64,000 nucleotides of DNA from a virus (IMGVR_UViG_3300032007_000002); one strand, 5' to 3'; shown: positions 26,103 through 35,509, counted from the first letter of the stretch. The notes: generated from the letters alone by a model not told the origin. Numbers and translations are program-made.

Positions 26103-27847
26103 ACGAGACCCGTGACGCATCCTGCCCGGAACCGGAAACGCCGAAGAACGAAAGCAAGCTCGACGACTCCATCCAGAAGTTCGACGAGGTTGTCCGCGAC
26201 TTGCCTCCGATTTACGTAAACCGGAGCAACACGGCAAAGGGTCTTTTGCATGCCATGTTCCGCCCGGACATCCTGAAACGCCGTTTCAAGAACAACGGCA
26301 TCCGCATGCTGCGCGGGTCGTTATTGATGCCGAATACCGCCAAGTACGTGTATGCTGCCGAGAAGCTGGTGAGTATCGTCGTCCCGAACACCCCGGTGGC
26401 GACCTTCATGAAGGGCGTCCGCAACGCGGTCTTCCTGGACCAGTTCGTAGGGGACATCGTCCCGAAGATCGAGTTTGCCGGCGGGATGAATGTCCGCGAC
26501 AAGTTGCACAAGGTATTCGGGACAACCGCATCCGCGCCGATTTCCCTTTCGGACTATCCGCGCATGGACGGCAATATCCACGACGTGTGGCTGGCCTATA
26601 TGTTCATCGTGCGGATGTGCCAGCTGGAACTTGGCGAGAGCATCGAGGTGACTACCGCCCATCAGCTGCGCATGGACGAGGAGTACAGCTATACCAACCA
26701 GAAGAAAATCCATTTCGTCCTGAAATACAAGAACGGGGCACCTGAATGGAATGGCAAGGAGTACAAGGTGTCGAAGGTGCCTGGAGGCTATATCTACGTG
26801 ATCGTGGACGTTCCCGAGCTCCAGCATACGCTTGTCGTGTTCGCGCAGCTCGCCAGCCGTGACATACTGGCTTCCGAAAAGGCCATCTGTTTTGGCGGGG
26901 GCGGGGCGGCAGTCCTTTACTGGAACGAGGAGGCATTCCAGCAGACTACCTCTAACTATGTACCGGATATCTCGTTCAGCATCATCGACCCGCAAGTGCA
27001 CGGGCTGACGCTCTACGAAACATGGATGACCTCAATGAGGCGTACATACAATGACCCTCCAGGTGAGATTTTCGACGCAAACACCCGTGGTATCATCGAC
27101 CGGATGCACACATCCATGCAGCGAGGGTTCTCACGCGCATACGCACTCGTGGGTGTCCCGGGAACGGGAAAGACCTACATCATGGAGAAGTTCGTGAGGG
27201 AGTCCAAGGATGCGTTCGTGATCTCCCTGGACTCGATTGACAGCCCGGCTCTCGTCGCGGACATCGTGTCCAGTATCCAGCAGCGGAATGTAATCATCAT
27301 GATGGACGACGTCGACAAGCTGCTTACCCTTCAGCCCGTCCGTACCGTCGAGACTACCGAAGGCAATACGCCGTCGGAGGCGCCTGCCCAGGAGACCAAG
27401 ACAGGCAAGCTCATCAAGATGTTTGCCGACTTGCGCCGGGTGGCCCCGGGCGGAGTGGACCCGAAGACTGGCGCAGTCCTGAAGAACTATACCGTCGTGG
27501 CGACGATGAACAACCCCAAGCTGTTCAACAACGCGGTTATCAAGCGTTCCGGCCGGTTTGACGAGGTAATCGAGATCGGGCTCCCGCACCCGTCCATCTA
27601 CATGAAACGGCTCATGGGCATCCAGGTCAAGGACGACCGGACCAACTACGCGGCATGGCGCTTCCGTCCGCTTTACAGGTACATGCGCTTCAAGCGTATC
27701 ACGCTTGCCGACGTGTCCAACCTGTATGACATCATGCGGATCCACCGTGCCGAGAACCGTTTCCGGTTCGGCGTGAAGGACATGTTCTACGCCATCCGTT
27801 GTCTGAGCAAGAACCGTTCCAACGCGGACAAGGAGTATGCACTGTGA
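26099..27847 (+). CDS. AAA+ ATPase
   Basis: GVPGTGKT, IMMDDVD, ATMN, KRSGRFD. Confidence 0.85.
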   Translation: MNETRDASCPEPETPKNESKLDDSIQKFDEVVRDLPPIYVNRSNTAKGLLHAMFRPDILKRRFKNNGIRMLRGSLLMPNTAKYVYAAEKLVSIVVPNTPVATFMKGVRNAVFLDQFVGDIVPKIEFAGGMNVRDKLHKVFGTTASAPISLSDYPRMDGNIHDVWLAYMFIVRMCQLELGESIEVTTAHQLRMDEEYSYTNQKKIHFVLKYKNGAPEWNGKEYKVSKVPGGYIYVIVDVPELQHTLVVFAQLASRDILASEKAICFGGGGAAVLYWNEEAFQQTTSNYVPDISFSIIDPQVHGLTLYETWMTSMRRTYNDPPGEIFDANTRGIIDRMHTSMQRGFSRAYALVGVPGTGKTYIMEKFVRESKDAFVISLDSIDSPALVADIVSSIQQRNVIIMMDDVDKLLTLQPVRTVETTEGNTPSEAPAQETKTGKLIKMFADLRRVAPGGVDPKTGAVLKNYTVVATMNNPKLFNNAVIKRSGRFDEVIEIGLPHPSIYMKRLMGIQVKDDRTNYAAWRFRPLYRYMRFKRITLADVSNLYDIMRIHRAENRFRFGVKDMFYAIRCLSKNRSNADKEYAL

Positions 27848-28278
27848 TCGACGAGATAGAACTGCTTTTCGACAGCTGCGAGACGATTACCGTGGGCATG
27901 TCCGCGGTCAAGTCTCTGCGGTTCACCACGTCCGGCGAGCGGTACGAGTGGGACGCGAGGAACAATGAGTTCGACAAGTCCCATTGCATGAGCGAACTGC
28001 ATCTCGAAATCGACCTGGACGAGGGTGCGCAGCTCCGCGGAGGCGACCGTCTTACCATGGAGGCGCGTCGGATGACCGAACGGGAGTATATCGTCGAACG
28101 GCTGTCCAAGACGACCGACATTACGGCCATCTTCATAGCGGGCGAGAAATACAATGTCCCGTGGGGCGAGGGAGGCGCATACACCAACCTGTGGTGCAGG
28201 ACTTTCTTTAACCCGCGGAGCAAGACGGTAGTCTATGACATGGGCAGGCAATATCGAAACAAGATGTGTTTCGGCTAA
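27844..28278 (+). CDS. Hypothetical protein
   Basis: GTG start overlapping upstream stop, AAGGAG RBS. Confidence 0.55.
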   Translation: MIDEIELLFDSCETITVGMSAVKSLRFTTSGERYEWDARNNEFDKSHCMSELHLEIDLDEGAQLRGGDRLTMEARRMTEREYIVERLSKTTDITAIFIAGEKYNVPWGEGGAYTNLWCRTFFNPRSKTVVYDMGRQYRNKMCFG

Positions 28279-28303
28279 TTTTAATCCTAACAAGAGGTAA
28301 CCA

Positions 28304-28624
28304 ATGAACAATGAAGAAATGAAAATCCAGAGCGAGCGCATGCTTGGTCTCATCAACGACTCCAACGCCGCTGACGAAAAGTATCGTCGTCGCCGTGCGG
28401 AAAGGGCTCTCGAACTTCTCAACCCGAAGCCCACGCCGGAGAACCCGAACCCGAAGAAGCCGACCGAGCTCGTCCTCAACGCGATGCTCGACAGCGATGC
28501 GGAACTCTGCGAGCTCCGCGAAATCCGCAACAAGGCGAACGCACAGGCCCAGGTGTCCAAGATGGCATTTGAAAGCTGGAGCAAGGACGTTCCGGCAGAC
28601 GGCCCGGGCCCGCTTTTAGGCTAG
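28304..28624 (+). CDS. Hypothetical coiled-coil protein
   Basis: GAGGT RBS. Confidence 0.65.
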   Translation: MNNEEMKIQSERMLGLINDSNAADEKYRRRRAERALELLNPKPTPENPNPKKPTELVLNAMLDSDAELCELREIRNKANAQAQVSKMAFESWSKDVPADGPGPLLG

Positions 28625-28635
28625 TATTGCCATAA

Positions 28636-28780
28636 GGTGCGCAGTACGTTAGTGGAGAGAACACCTGGCTAGGGGCCGGGTGGCGGTTACCGTTGCGATG
28701 CGTGTATCGATCGGCGGGATAGTTCATTCCACAAGGGCGGGGCGAGTATCAGGCGCATGACAAACTCCCGTCCGCGCACT
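28636..28780 (+). ncRNA. Unassigned structured RNA (ncRNA-3, ~145 nt)
   Basis: GTGCGC/GCGCAC closing stem with nested helices; intergenic. Confidence 0.5.
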
Positions 28781-28792
28781 TTTGCTATATTT
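28781..28792 (+). promoter_or_regulatory. Early promoter motif, leaderless ATG at 28798
   Basis: Exact copy. Confidence 0.75.
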
Positions 28793-28797
28793 CAGCC

Positions 28798-29412
28798 ATG
28801 GGTATGATTACGATAAAAGAGGCCGAAATGGCCAGCGAACTTCTCAAATCCGAGAACGTCCGCGAAATCATGGATTTTATGACGGCAAAGTATGCCGCCG
28901 AAAGCGCCACCAACTGCAACCATCTTCTCCAGCGCATCCCTGATATAGCGGCTGCCAACATCAAACGGCAGGAAAGTGAGCTGTTCCTCCGTCAGAAGGC
29001 CGTGGAGACGATCGAATTCATGCTCCCTTCCAAGGCGGAATGGGAGTTCGGCCCTACCGGGGCAGTCATGTTCGTCTACTGCCAGTGCAATTTTAGGAAG
29101 ATGTGGATTGAGTCCAGGCAGCCCGAGCTCCACAAGAACATGCTCACCGCGCTGCAGGCCATGCAGGGGCACCCCGGCATCCGTGCGACGCTTCCGCAGT
29201 TCAAGAAGTATGTCGACGAGTGCAGGGCGAATCCGGGAGGCTGGGAAGACAGCCTGATGTGGGACCAGATTGACAACGAGGACTGCAAGGACATGGTCCG
29301 GTGGTGCATCGCGAACAAGCAGCTCTGGGACGACATGGATGACTACATGCAGAAAATCGAGGCGTTTAAGTTAAACACGCCGAAACGCGGAAGGCCCGCA
29401 AAGGAACAGTAA
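28798..29412 (+). CDS. Hypothetical protein (leaderless)
   Basis: ATG 6 nt after TATATT. Confidence 0.65.
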   Translation: MGMITIKEAEMASELLKSENVREIMDFMTAKYAAESATNCNHLLQRIPDIAAANIKRQESELFLRQKAVETIEFMLPSKAEWEFGPTGAVMFVYCQCNFRKMWIESRQPELHKNMLTALQAMQGHPGIRATLPQFKKYVDECRANPGGWEDSLMWDQIDNEDCKDMVRWCIANKQLWDDMDDYMQKIEAFKLNTPKRGRPAKEQ

Positions 29413-29834
29413 TGGTTATCGCTTTTGATTTCGACGGGACCGTGGCGACCGACGGGTGGCCGGACATCAGCAAGGCCAAGCCCAACCGGGCCGTGATTGA
29501 CTGGCTCAAGAAGCGTGCGCAGATGGGCGACAAGCTCATCCTCTGGACATGCCGGGAGAACTATGGCGGTGTGCGCTTCCCCGACGGGCCGTATCTTGAA
29601 AATGCGCAGGCGTTCTGTGCATACCATCTGCTGTTCCCGGACAACACGAACATGTCCGTCGGCGAGAAGGAAGGCGACTACGGGACCAAGTACGGCCGCA
29701 AGGTGACCGCCAACTTCTACCTGGACGACGCATCCGTGCCGTTCGATCCGAACGGGCGCTTCGCATGGCTGTGGTGGCGCCTTTACCTGAAACTTGTCGA
29801 TTGGAGGCTGTCCAGATGCCAGCGAAACGCGTAG
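29412..29834 (+). CDS. Cap-less HAD-family phosphatase (BT0820-like)
   Basis: FDFDGT, LWTCR, K..YLDD. Confidence 0.8.
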   Translation: MVIAFDFDGTVATDGWPDISKAKPNRAVIDWLKKRAQMGDKLILWTCRENYGGVRFPDGPYLENAQAFCAYHLLFPDNTNMSVGEKEGDYGTKYGRKVTANFYLDDASVPFDPNGRFAWLWWRLYLKLVDWRLSRCQRNA

Positions 29835-31003
29835 TATATCCCCTCTTTACCGGCGGCATCGACATGCGGCAGAAGAACAGGTACATTGCTCTTGCCGCTT
29901 CTTCCATCGCGTCGTATTTCCAGGCCGGCAACGACGTCCCGGTAATTGTCGCGGCGAACGACGACATGTCTGCCGCTGTGATGAAGTTTCTTGCCGACCA
30001 GATGAAGTACGACCTCACCGTGGAAATCCATCCCGCGGAAGAAGTCGCGGAGTTTTCCAGGCAGAACGCGCAGGGCGCAGGTCCCGACAACCGCACGTCG
30101 GTAACCGGGGCCAAGCTGTATGCCATGCAGAAGGTCGCCGAAGGCTATGACCGCCTGGTCGTGGATGCCGATACGCTGTTCTTCTCCCGTATTCCGTGGG
30201 GCAAGTTCGACCATTCGGAGTTCGCCATGTTCGTTCCCGCCGAGTGGGAGAACCCGCTTTCCGTGACGGTGAACCAGATTCTCTACTTCCGGTGGAAACT
30301 GACAAAAATCCCGACGTTCGGGGAATACGTCAAGAAGCTGGTTGACGCGCACCCGCACTGGGGCGGGCGCATTTCGATGATTGACAGCTCACCGTGGCCG
30401 AACAGCGGCATCGTTTACATGACCGACTGGTTCAAGAAGGGACCGTACATGGAGGCCACCCGGACACTGGACCGGGATTTGCTTCCGGTCGAGGACGAGG
30501 GCATCCTGTTCAACTATATGAACACCCGGCTCGACGACAATACGTTCGGGTATGAGACCTCGCTGTTCCGCAATGTCGCAATGAACATTCCGGTGGCGTT
30601 TTCCGACATGGCCAAGCAGTCGGAGCCGTTCCACCCGGTGGATTTCTACGGGAACCCCATCGTCGCGGCACATTTCCACTTGCGCCCGAAGCCGGTGGAC
30701 TTCGAGATTTCGTATCAGGGCGTGGTGCGCCCGCCCGCGGTGCAGTCTGCGTGGTCGCTGGACTTTGCCAGGGACTCTATCGGCACCGGCCAGTATGGGA
30801 CGATGTCCGGCATCATCTGGACCTATGTGTGGCAGTATTTCAACTCCATGACGATTGCCAAGTACCGTAACGGCGACGTGGTGGCCATACACCCGCCCGA
30901 GGTCTGGAAGGGCATCGTGGAGACGTTCGTAAAGTCAAGGAAGGCATGGTTCGAGGCCGCGGGCTGTTCCGACGTGCTCATCAACCATGAGTTTGAACCG
31001 TAG
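29816..31003 (+). CDS. Putative GT-A fold glycosyltransferase (GT8-like)
   Basis: K, VDADTLF, NSGIV, DEGIL, HF..KP pattern. Confidence 0.6.
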   Translation: MPAKRVVYPLFTGGIDMRQKNRYIALAASSIASYFQAGNDVPVIVAANDDMSAAVMKFLADQMKYDLTVEIHPAEEVAEFSRQNAQGAGPDNRTSVTGAKLYAMQKVAEGYDRLVVDADTLFFSRIPWGKFDHSEFAMFVPAEWENPLSVTVNQILYFRWKLTKIPTFGEYVKKLVDAHPHWGGRISMIDSSPWPNSGIVYMTDWFKKGPYMEATRTLDRDLLPVEDEGILFNYMNTRLDDNTFGYETSLFRNVAMNIPVAFSDMAKQSEPFHPVDFYGNPIVAAHFHLRPKPVDFEISYQGVVRPPAVQSAWSLDFARDSIGTGQYGTMSGIIWTYVWQYFNSMTIAKYRNGDVVAIHPPEVWKGIVETFVKSRKAWFEAAGCSDVLINHEFEP

Positions 31004-31016
31004 GGAGGACGCGGCA

Positions 31017-31190
31017 ATGTCGATAATATCTGCCGAAAAGGTAAAAGCGTTGCGTGTCCGGTGTGGCGGGGTGGGTTTGCTCCGCTGCAAGCGGGCGCTC
31101 GAAGCGTGCGAGGGCGACATGGATAAGGCGGAGGAACGTCTGCGACGGGAACCGATGGTTCCGGTCATGATCAGGCGTCCGAAACCCTAG
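31017..31190 (+). CDS. Stand-alone EF-Ts N-terminal (UBA-like) domain protein
   Basis: ISAEKVKALRVRCGGVGLLRCKRALEACEGDMDKAEERLR resembles EF-Ts ITAxxVKELRERTGAGMMDCKKAL...GD..KA...LR. Confidence 0.7.
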   Translation: MSIISAEKVKALRVRCGGVGLLRCKRALEACEGDMDKAEERLRREPMVPVMIRRPKP

Positions 31191-31828
31191 TCAGCCCAGA
31201 ATTTCTCGATTACGCCGAACTTGGCATACCTTCTTAGAGCTCCTACGCAGGAGCTCTTTGTCGCATAGTGGTTCGGGACCTGCATCGCTATCGTGTTGAG
31301 CGTCGCGTCGGGATGCTTGCGGGCATATTCCTTCGCCCTGGCGATGAACCTGGAAAAGACTGTGGACCGCTCGCCGGACTTCGTGCCGGCTTCCAGGTGT
31401 TTCTCCATGCCCTTTATTTCGGGGAGCCAGTAGTCCAGGTCGGCCGGGAGCTCCATCGGGCGTATGAGTATCCTGGCAGCGTAGCGGGTCCGGCCGTCCG
31501 AGAGGTCCAATACCCTGAACACGCCGATGTAGCCTATGCCGAGTGCGCGGAGGACACGCCGGGCATCCTTGTTCGGCCTGCCGGGGCAGGCGACATAGAC
31601 CTTGGACGCGGTGTCCAGCCACCGGATGGCCTGTGCCATCACCTTCATGTTCACTTTCGTTTTCAGCTCGATTGCGATGACTTTCGTGTCGCTGTAATAG
31701 ACCAGGTCGCACGATCCATTCCCGATGCCGATTTCCTCGGCGTATTGCATCTTGCCGAACAGTTCGGAGGACTTTACCGCCTCGCCGACTTCGGTTTCAA
31801 GAATATTCAGCTGTTGTTTCTTTGCCAT
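31187..31828 (-). CDS. PD-(D/E)XK nuclease superfamily protein
   Basis: E..CDLV..IAIELK, QA, YVA. Confidence 0.65.
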   Translation of the reverse strand: MAKKQQLNILETEVGEAVKSSELFGKMQYAEEIGIGNGSCDLVYYSDTKVIAIELKTKVNMKVMAQAIRWLDTASKVYVACPGRPNKDARRVLRALGIGYIGVFRVLDLSDGRTRYAARILIRPMELPADLDYWLPEIKGMEKHLEAGTKSGERSTVFSRFIARAKEYARKHPDATLNTIAMQVPNHYATKSSCVGALRRYAKFGVIEKFWAD

Positions 31829-31834
31829 GGTAAT

Positions 31835-31858
31835 AAATATAGAAAATTTGCTATATTT
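31835..31858. promoter_or_regulatory. Back-to-back divergent early promoters (TTTTCTATATTT minus; TTTGCTATATTT plus at 31847)
   Basis: Each is followed by an ATG 6-7 nt after TATATT. Confidence 0.7.
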
Positions 31859-31863
31859 CTTGC

Positions 31864-32010
31864 ATGAACAAGAAGAAAATACTCCTCCAATACCCGTTGC
31901 AGTCCGAAGTGGACCACGCCAACCAGTGCTACCAGAAGATCTGGATAAACGCCAACTACCCGCTCCTCGCCTCCTCGGAGTTCCATCTTTATGAAGCGGA
32001 GGTGAAGTAA
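31864..32010 (+). CDS. 48 aa leaderless micro-protein (absent from ORF track)
   Basis: MNKKKILLQYPLQSEVDHANQCYQKIWINANYPLLASSEFHLYEAEVK; stop overlaps the next ATG. Confidence 0.55.
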   Translation: MNKKKILLQYPLQSEVDHANQCYQKIWINANYPLLASSEFHLYEAEVK

Positions 32011-32753
32011 TGGCATACGTACCTAAGCCGACCCTCATTTTCTGCGTCGATACCGAAACCGGCGGGTTCAATCCCAGCGTCAACGCGCTCCTTACGGTAG
32101 GCTGCGCGTGGCTCCCGGCAACCGAACTGGGCAACCCGAACCCGGACGTGAAGTCCGTGGAATACAAGGTCATGCAGAAGCCGTATAACCTGGTTGACAA
32201 CGAAGATGTCAAGGCCCCGAAGGCCACAACGGACGTGTTCCGCGATATTGCCGTCCCGAACGTCGTCACCAAGGGCGCCCTGGACACCAACAAGATCAAC
32301 ATGAACGACCACCTGGCTGCAGAACCTGCGCCTATCGTCGATTACAGGATTTCCGAACATCTGCGCGTTCTCGCTTCGCAGTACAACATCCAGCTTCTCG
32401 GCCAGAACCTGAAGTTTGACATGCGCTTCTTGCAGCGCAACCTTCCGCACACCTTTGAAAGGTTGCAGCGTCTCAACGTGCATCACGAACTGCGCACTCT
32501 CATCACGGCGTACAATGTGGCCAGGAGCCTGAATGTCGCGGACGGTTACGGCAAGCCGACGGGTCTTGACAAACTCCGCGCATCGCTCAACTGGGTCAGC
32601 GAAGGCCAGACGCATTCCGCCGCTGTCGACGCGGTCGATACGATTAAGTTCTATGGCCGTATCATGAAGGAACTGTCTGCCAAGCTCGCCATGCAGGAAG
32701 AACCGGCTCCCGCCGCTACACAGGCTCCCGCGGCCCAACAAGTAACCCCGTAG
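32010..32753 (+). CDS. DEDDh 3'-5' exonuclease (DnaQ-like)
   Basis: DTETGG, GQNLKFD, HSAAVDA. Confidence 0.85.
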   Translation: MAYVPKPTLIFCVDTETGGFNPSVNALLTVGCAWLPATELGNPNPDVKSVEYKVMQKPYNLVDNEDVKAPKATTDVFRDIAVPNVVTKGALDTNKINMNDHLAAEPAPIVDYRISEHLRVLASQYNIQLLGQNLKFDMRFLQRNLPHTFERLQRLNVHHELRTLITAYNVARSLNVADGYGKPTGLDKLRASLNWVSEGQTHSAAVDAVDTIKFYGRIMKELSAKLAMQEEPAPAATQAPAAQQVTP

Positions 32754-32759
32754 GTAGTC

Positions 32760-33380
32760 ATGCCATACGTTTCCATCGAAGAGTTCCTGAAGGAACACCC
32801 AATCTGTGACGATTCCTGCTGGTACACCATCCGGGACGTGGACCGTTTCATCGAAACGCTCCCGGAAGGGTTCACCCAGTTCGACATCGACAACTTCCGC
32901 TCCCGCATGATAGGGCGTGTTCGTGAACGGGCGGCATTGATGTCGTCCTTGCTTAACAAGCGCAGGCCTAAAATGAACGACTGGATCCTGATGCGGACGC
33001 CTATCGCATACCAGGAATTTGTCCGGCATGAACGCCTGTGGAATAGGGAAGTCAAGGAACCCTTCGACTGGAACCGTATCGACGTGATGCTCAATGTCCT
33101 TCGCGGGCTGAAGGTCAACACCAAGATATGGCCAATCAGGGACGTGCAGGTCGAGTATGAACGGACTGGCGTGAAGTTTACCGTCACTTTCGGCAAGTGC
33201 TGGGCCCGCACGCTGGTATTCAACTACCATTACGACACAAACGTAGTGTATCTTCACTGTGACAATACCGTCCTGGCGGTCGGTCTCCGGCATGACGGGA
33301 CTCCCTACATGATTGATTACATGTGGATGCCGACAATGAACAGCGTATTGCTGAAATGGTTTACGACGGGGCAGCTATGA
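32760..33380 (+). CDS. Hypothetical protein
   Basis: Operon context. Confidence 0.6.
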   Translation: MPYVSIEEFLKEHPICDDSCWYTIRDVDRFIETLPEGFTQFDIDNFRSRMIGRVRERAALMSSLLNKRRPKMNDWILMRTPIAYQEFVRHERLWNREVKEPFDWNRIDVMLNVLRGLKVNTKIWPIRDVQVEYERTGVKFTVTFGKCWARTLVFNYHYDTNVVYLHCDNTVLAVGLRHDGTPYMIDYMWMPTMNSVLLKWFTTGQL

Positions 33381-33679
33381 GTTTTTCTGCGTTCAACCGG
33401 AACGGCCGCAAGGAGATGACCGAGCAGGACATCGAGGACATGAAGAACGTGTATTCATACGCGATCAAGACACTCGTGTCCCGCAGGAACATGCTCCAGA
33501 AGAAGTCCGAAAACGGAACCGGGAGCGCATGGTTCGACAACATCGGGTCAAACATCCGTGTCCTGGATGCGGCAATAGCATTGCTGCGCAAGGAGGGAAA
33601 ATATGGCAAGGAAACCAATCAACACGTATCAGGCGCATGTGGAGGAGACTGTGCCGGAACGTGTGACACTGTACAATGA
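33377..33679 (+). CDS. Hypothetical protein
   Basis: ATGA coupling; overlaps the next gene. Confidence 0.5.
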   Translation: MSFSAFNRNGRKEMTEQDIEDMKNVYSYAIKTLVSRRNMLQKKSENGTGSAWFDNIGSNIRVLDAAIALLRKEGKYGKETNQHVSGACGGDCAGTCDTVQ

Positions 33680-34193
33680 ACCGGTAGAAATGGTCGTGGC
33701 GAATAGTCGTCAGGACCTTCTTGTATATCCGCCGAAACAGACGGAGCCTGTATATGGCTACATACCGGGCCGTAAACGCCCCGTAATAGGCGCTCGGAAG
33801 TCCTGGAAGTTCTGCGGGAAGGTAGTTACCCGGTGGAACATGGAACGCTTCAATGCCTACCTGCTGAAACGGTATGCGGCAAAGTTCGGCGAGACAGCTT
33901 CGCACCGGGCCACCCATCTGTCGCCGGACGGCAAGAAGCTCTTCTACACCGGATATGGCATGCCAACCATCGCCTGGTGGGGCACCATTGCGGCATCCAC
34001 CGGATTGCAGGTTCTGGCACGGACGAACTCGATGGTGATCACCAAGCAGGAGGAATGGTACTGGGACGAGGTTGACGATGGCATCGTCAAGAAATGCGTC
34101 GACAAGATACTTCGGATAGCCCAGAAGGACTGGGTATGCAAGTCAGTCCAGGGACACATGCCGCGTCCACGCTTTTTACCCGTAAAACGATAA
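33603..34193 (+). CDS. Hypothetical basic protein
   Basis: AGGAGG RBS. Confidence 0.6.
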   Translation: MARKPINTYQAHVEETVPERVTLYNEPVEMVVANSRQDLLVYPPKQTEPVYGYIPGRKRPVIGARKSWKFCGKVVTRWNMERFNAYLLKRYAAKFGETASHRATHLSPDGKKLFYTGYGMPTIAWWGTIAASTGLQVLARTNSMVITKQEEWYWDEVDDGIVKKCVDKILRIAQKDWVCKSVQGHMPRPRFLPVKR

Positions 34194-34219
34194 AAGACCC
34201 GCCGAATGGCGGGCCTTTT
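34192..34219. terminator. Bidirectional terminator
   Basis: A-run, CCCGCC-GAAT-GGCGGG, T-run between convergent genes. Confidence 0.7.
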
Positions 34220-34235
34220 GTTTTACAGTCTATAT

Positions 34236-34634
34236 CTATCCCCTGATTTCGCTGGACAGGATGACCACCGCGTCGATGTTTTCCGGCATCGGCTTAGTGT
34301 AGATACCGATTTCCTCGATTTCGGTAATGGTCTGGTCCGTCCAGTGGATAGTAAATTCCCTGCATCCGTTCACGCGGTTTACCCGGGAGACCGGGTTTGC
34401 CGGATCGTTGTACCGGCCATAGTCGAACTCGAACGAGTGGAGGAGCTTTTCCAGGGTTTCCCTGTCGCGGCACGCGATGACGGCGCCGTCGGATTCATCC
34501 CAGTTGGGTGCATCGAGCGTCACCCTGAACAGCTTGATTTCGCCGGATAGAGCAGCACGCATCATGGCTGCCTGTTCGCAGGCCTTGTTGGTAAGTTCGG
34601 TGTTCCTTTCGATTACTTTTCCAAGACTGTCCAT
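34236..34634 (-). CDS. Hypothetical protein
   Basis: GAGG RBS. Confidence 0.6.
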   Translation of the reverse strand: MDSLGKVIERNTELTNKACEQAAMMRAALSGEIKLFRVTLDAPNWDESDGAVIACRDRETLEKLLHSFEFDYGRYNDPANPVSRVNRVNGCREFTIHWTDQTITEIEEIGIYTKPMPENIDAVVILSSEIRG

Positions 34635-34640
34635 ACATCC

Positions 34641-35006
34641 TCACGCAAATTTGGCCCGTTCGGCCTGTTTCTTCTTTGCCCGCTCGACTGCCCTGGTGTC
34701 GCTGTCCAGGACCGCGAACGCGATCATGCGTGGCTCGTTGCAGAACGTGGTGCTCCATGCGTAGAGGGAGCACGGCTGGTCGATGCCGACTACCTTGACT
34801 GGTACGGTCGCGTTGTCGACGCAGGTCTTCTTCGCGTCGGCTGCGCCGAGAAGGATGGCCATGATGTCGTTGGAAAGCCTGTCATCCAGCTCGCCGTCGG
34901 CGTAGATGCGCACGTAGTCGAACGGATTGTCGGACACGCAACCCTGGACCTTGATGCTGTCCGGGACGGTGTCATAGGGGGCTACGAGAATTTTGATTTC
35001 TTCCAT
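34641..35006 (-). CDS. Hypothetical protein (leaderless)
   Basis: ATG 6 nt after TATATT. Confidence 0.65.
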   Translation of the reverse strand: MEEIKILVAPYDTVPDSIKVQGCVSDNPFDYVRIYADGELDDRLSNDIMAILLGAADAKKTCVDNATVPVKVVGIDQPCSLYAWSTTFCNEPRMIAFAVLDSDTRAVERAKKKQAERAKFA

Positions 35007-35011
35007 GCCCG

Positions 35012-35023
35012 AAATATAGCAAA
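35012..35023 (-). promoter_or_regulatory. Early promoter motif
   Basis: Exact copy on minus strand. Confidence 0.75.
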
Positions 35024-35024
35024 A

Positions 35025-35411
35025 TTACGGGTGTATGAGCTGGACCAGGGACAGCAGACGCTTGACGTCGTTCTCGTCATGGCCGTCGAACGGCTTCGCC
35101 TGCTGGATTTCCTCGCACTTGAACAGGTCCCAGTCCTTCATCGGGTAGTGGTAGGAATACGGGCCGTCGGGGGTGTCTATGCAGACGAGGAACATGTGGC
35201 CGTCGCCGAAGCAGAGCTCGCCGTCGTCATGCCTGCGGGTCTTCCATGAAATGTCCGGGAAGATGTTCACCAGGGTGGCGAACAGGATGCAGCGCTGGTT
35301 GTAGAGGGAGTTGTAGGTGTGGTTGCCGTCGGAAAGTTCTCCGATGTCGTCCACGCCGGCCTCCTTGGCGGCCCGCTCCATAATCTTCTGCATCTCGTCG
35401 GCTGATACCAT
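35025..35411 (-). CDS. WDGH-domain-like phage protein
   Basis: SDGNHTYNSLY..R, SWKT..H.DG, YSYH, FDGH. Confidence 0.65.
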   Translation of the reverse strand: MVSADEMQKIMERAAKEAGVDDIGELSDGNHTYNSLYNQRCILFATLVNIFPDISWKTRRHDDGELCFGDGHMFLVCIDTPDGPYSYHYPMKDWDLFKCEEIQQAKPFDGHDENDVKRLLSLVQLIHP

Positions 35412-35433
35412 GTTCGTCTCCTTGTGTATATGC

Positions 35434-35441
35434 AGTTTATA
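35434..35441 (-). promoter_or_regulatory. Late promoter motif TATAAACT
   Basis: GTTATAAACT just downstream of terminator 35453-35486. Confidence 0.6.
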
Positions 35442-35452
35442 ACGCGGGGGAT

Positions 35453-35486
35453 AAAAAGAACCGGCGGTCATAAGACCACCGGTTCT
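35453..35486 (-). terminator. Intrinsic terminator
   Basis: AGAACCGGTGGTC-TTAT-GACCGCCGGTTCT then T-run. Confidence 0.7.
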
Positions 35487-35509
35487 CGGTTTCTCGCAAG
35501 ATCGTCGGA

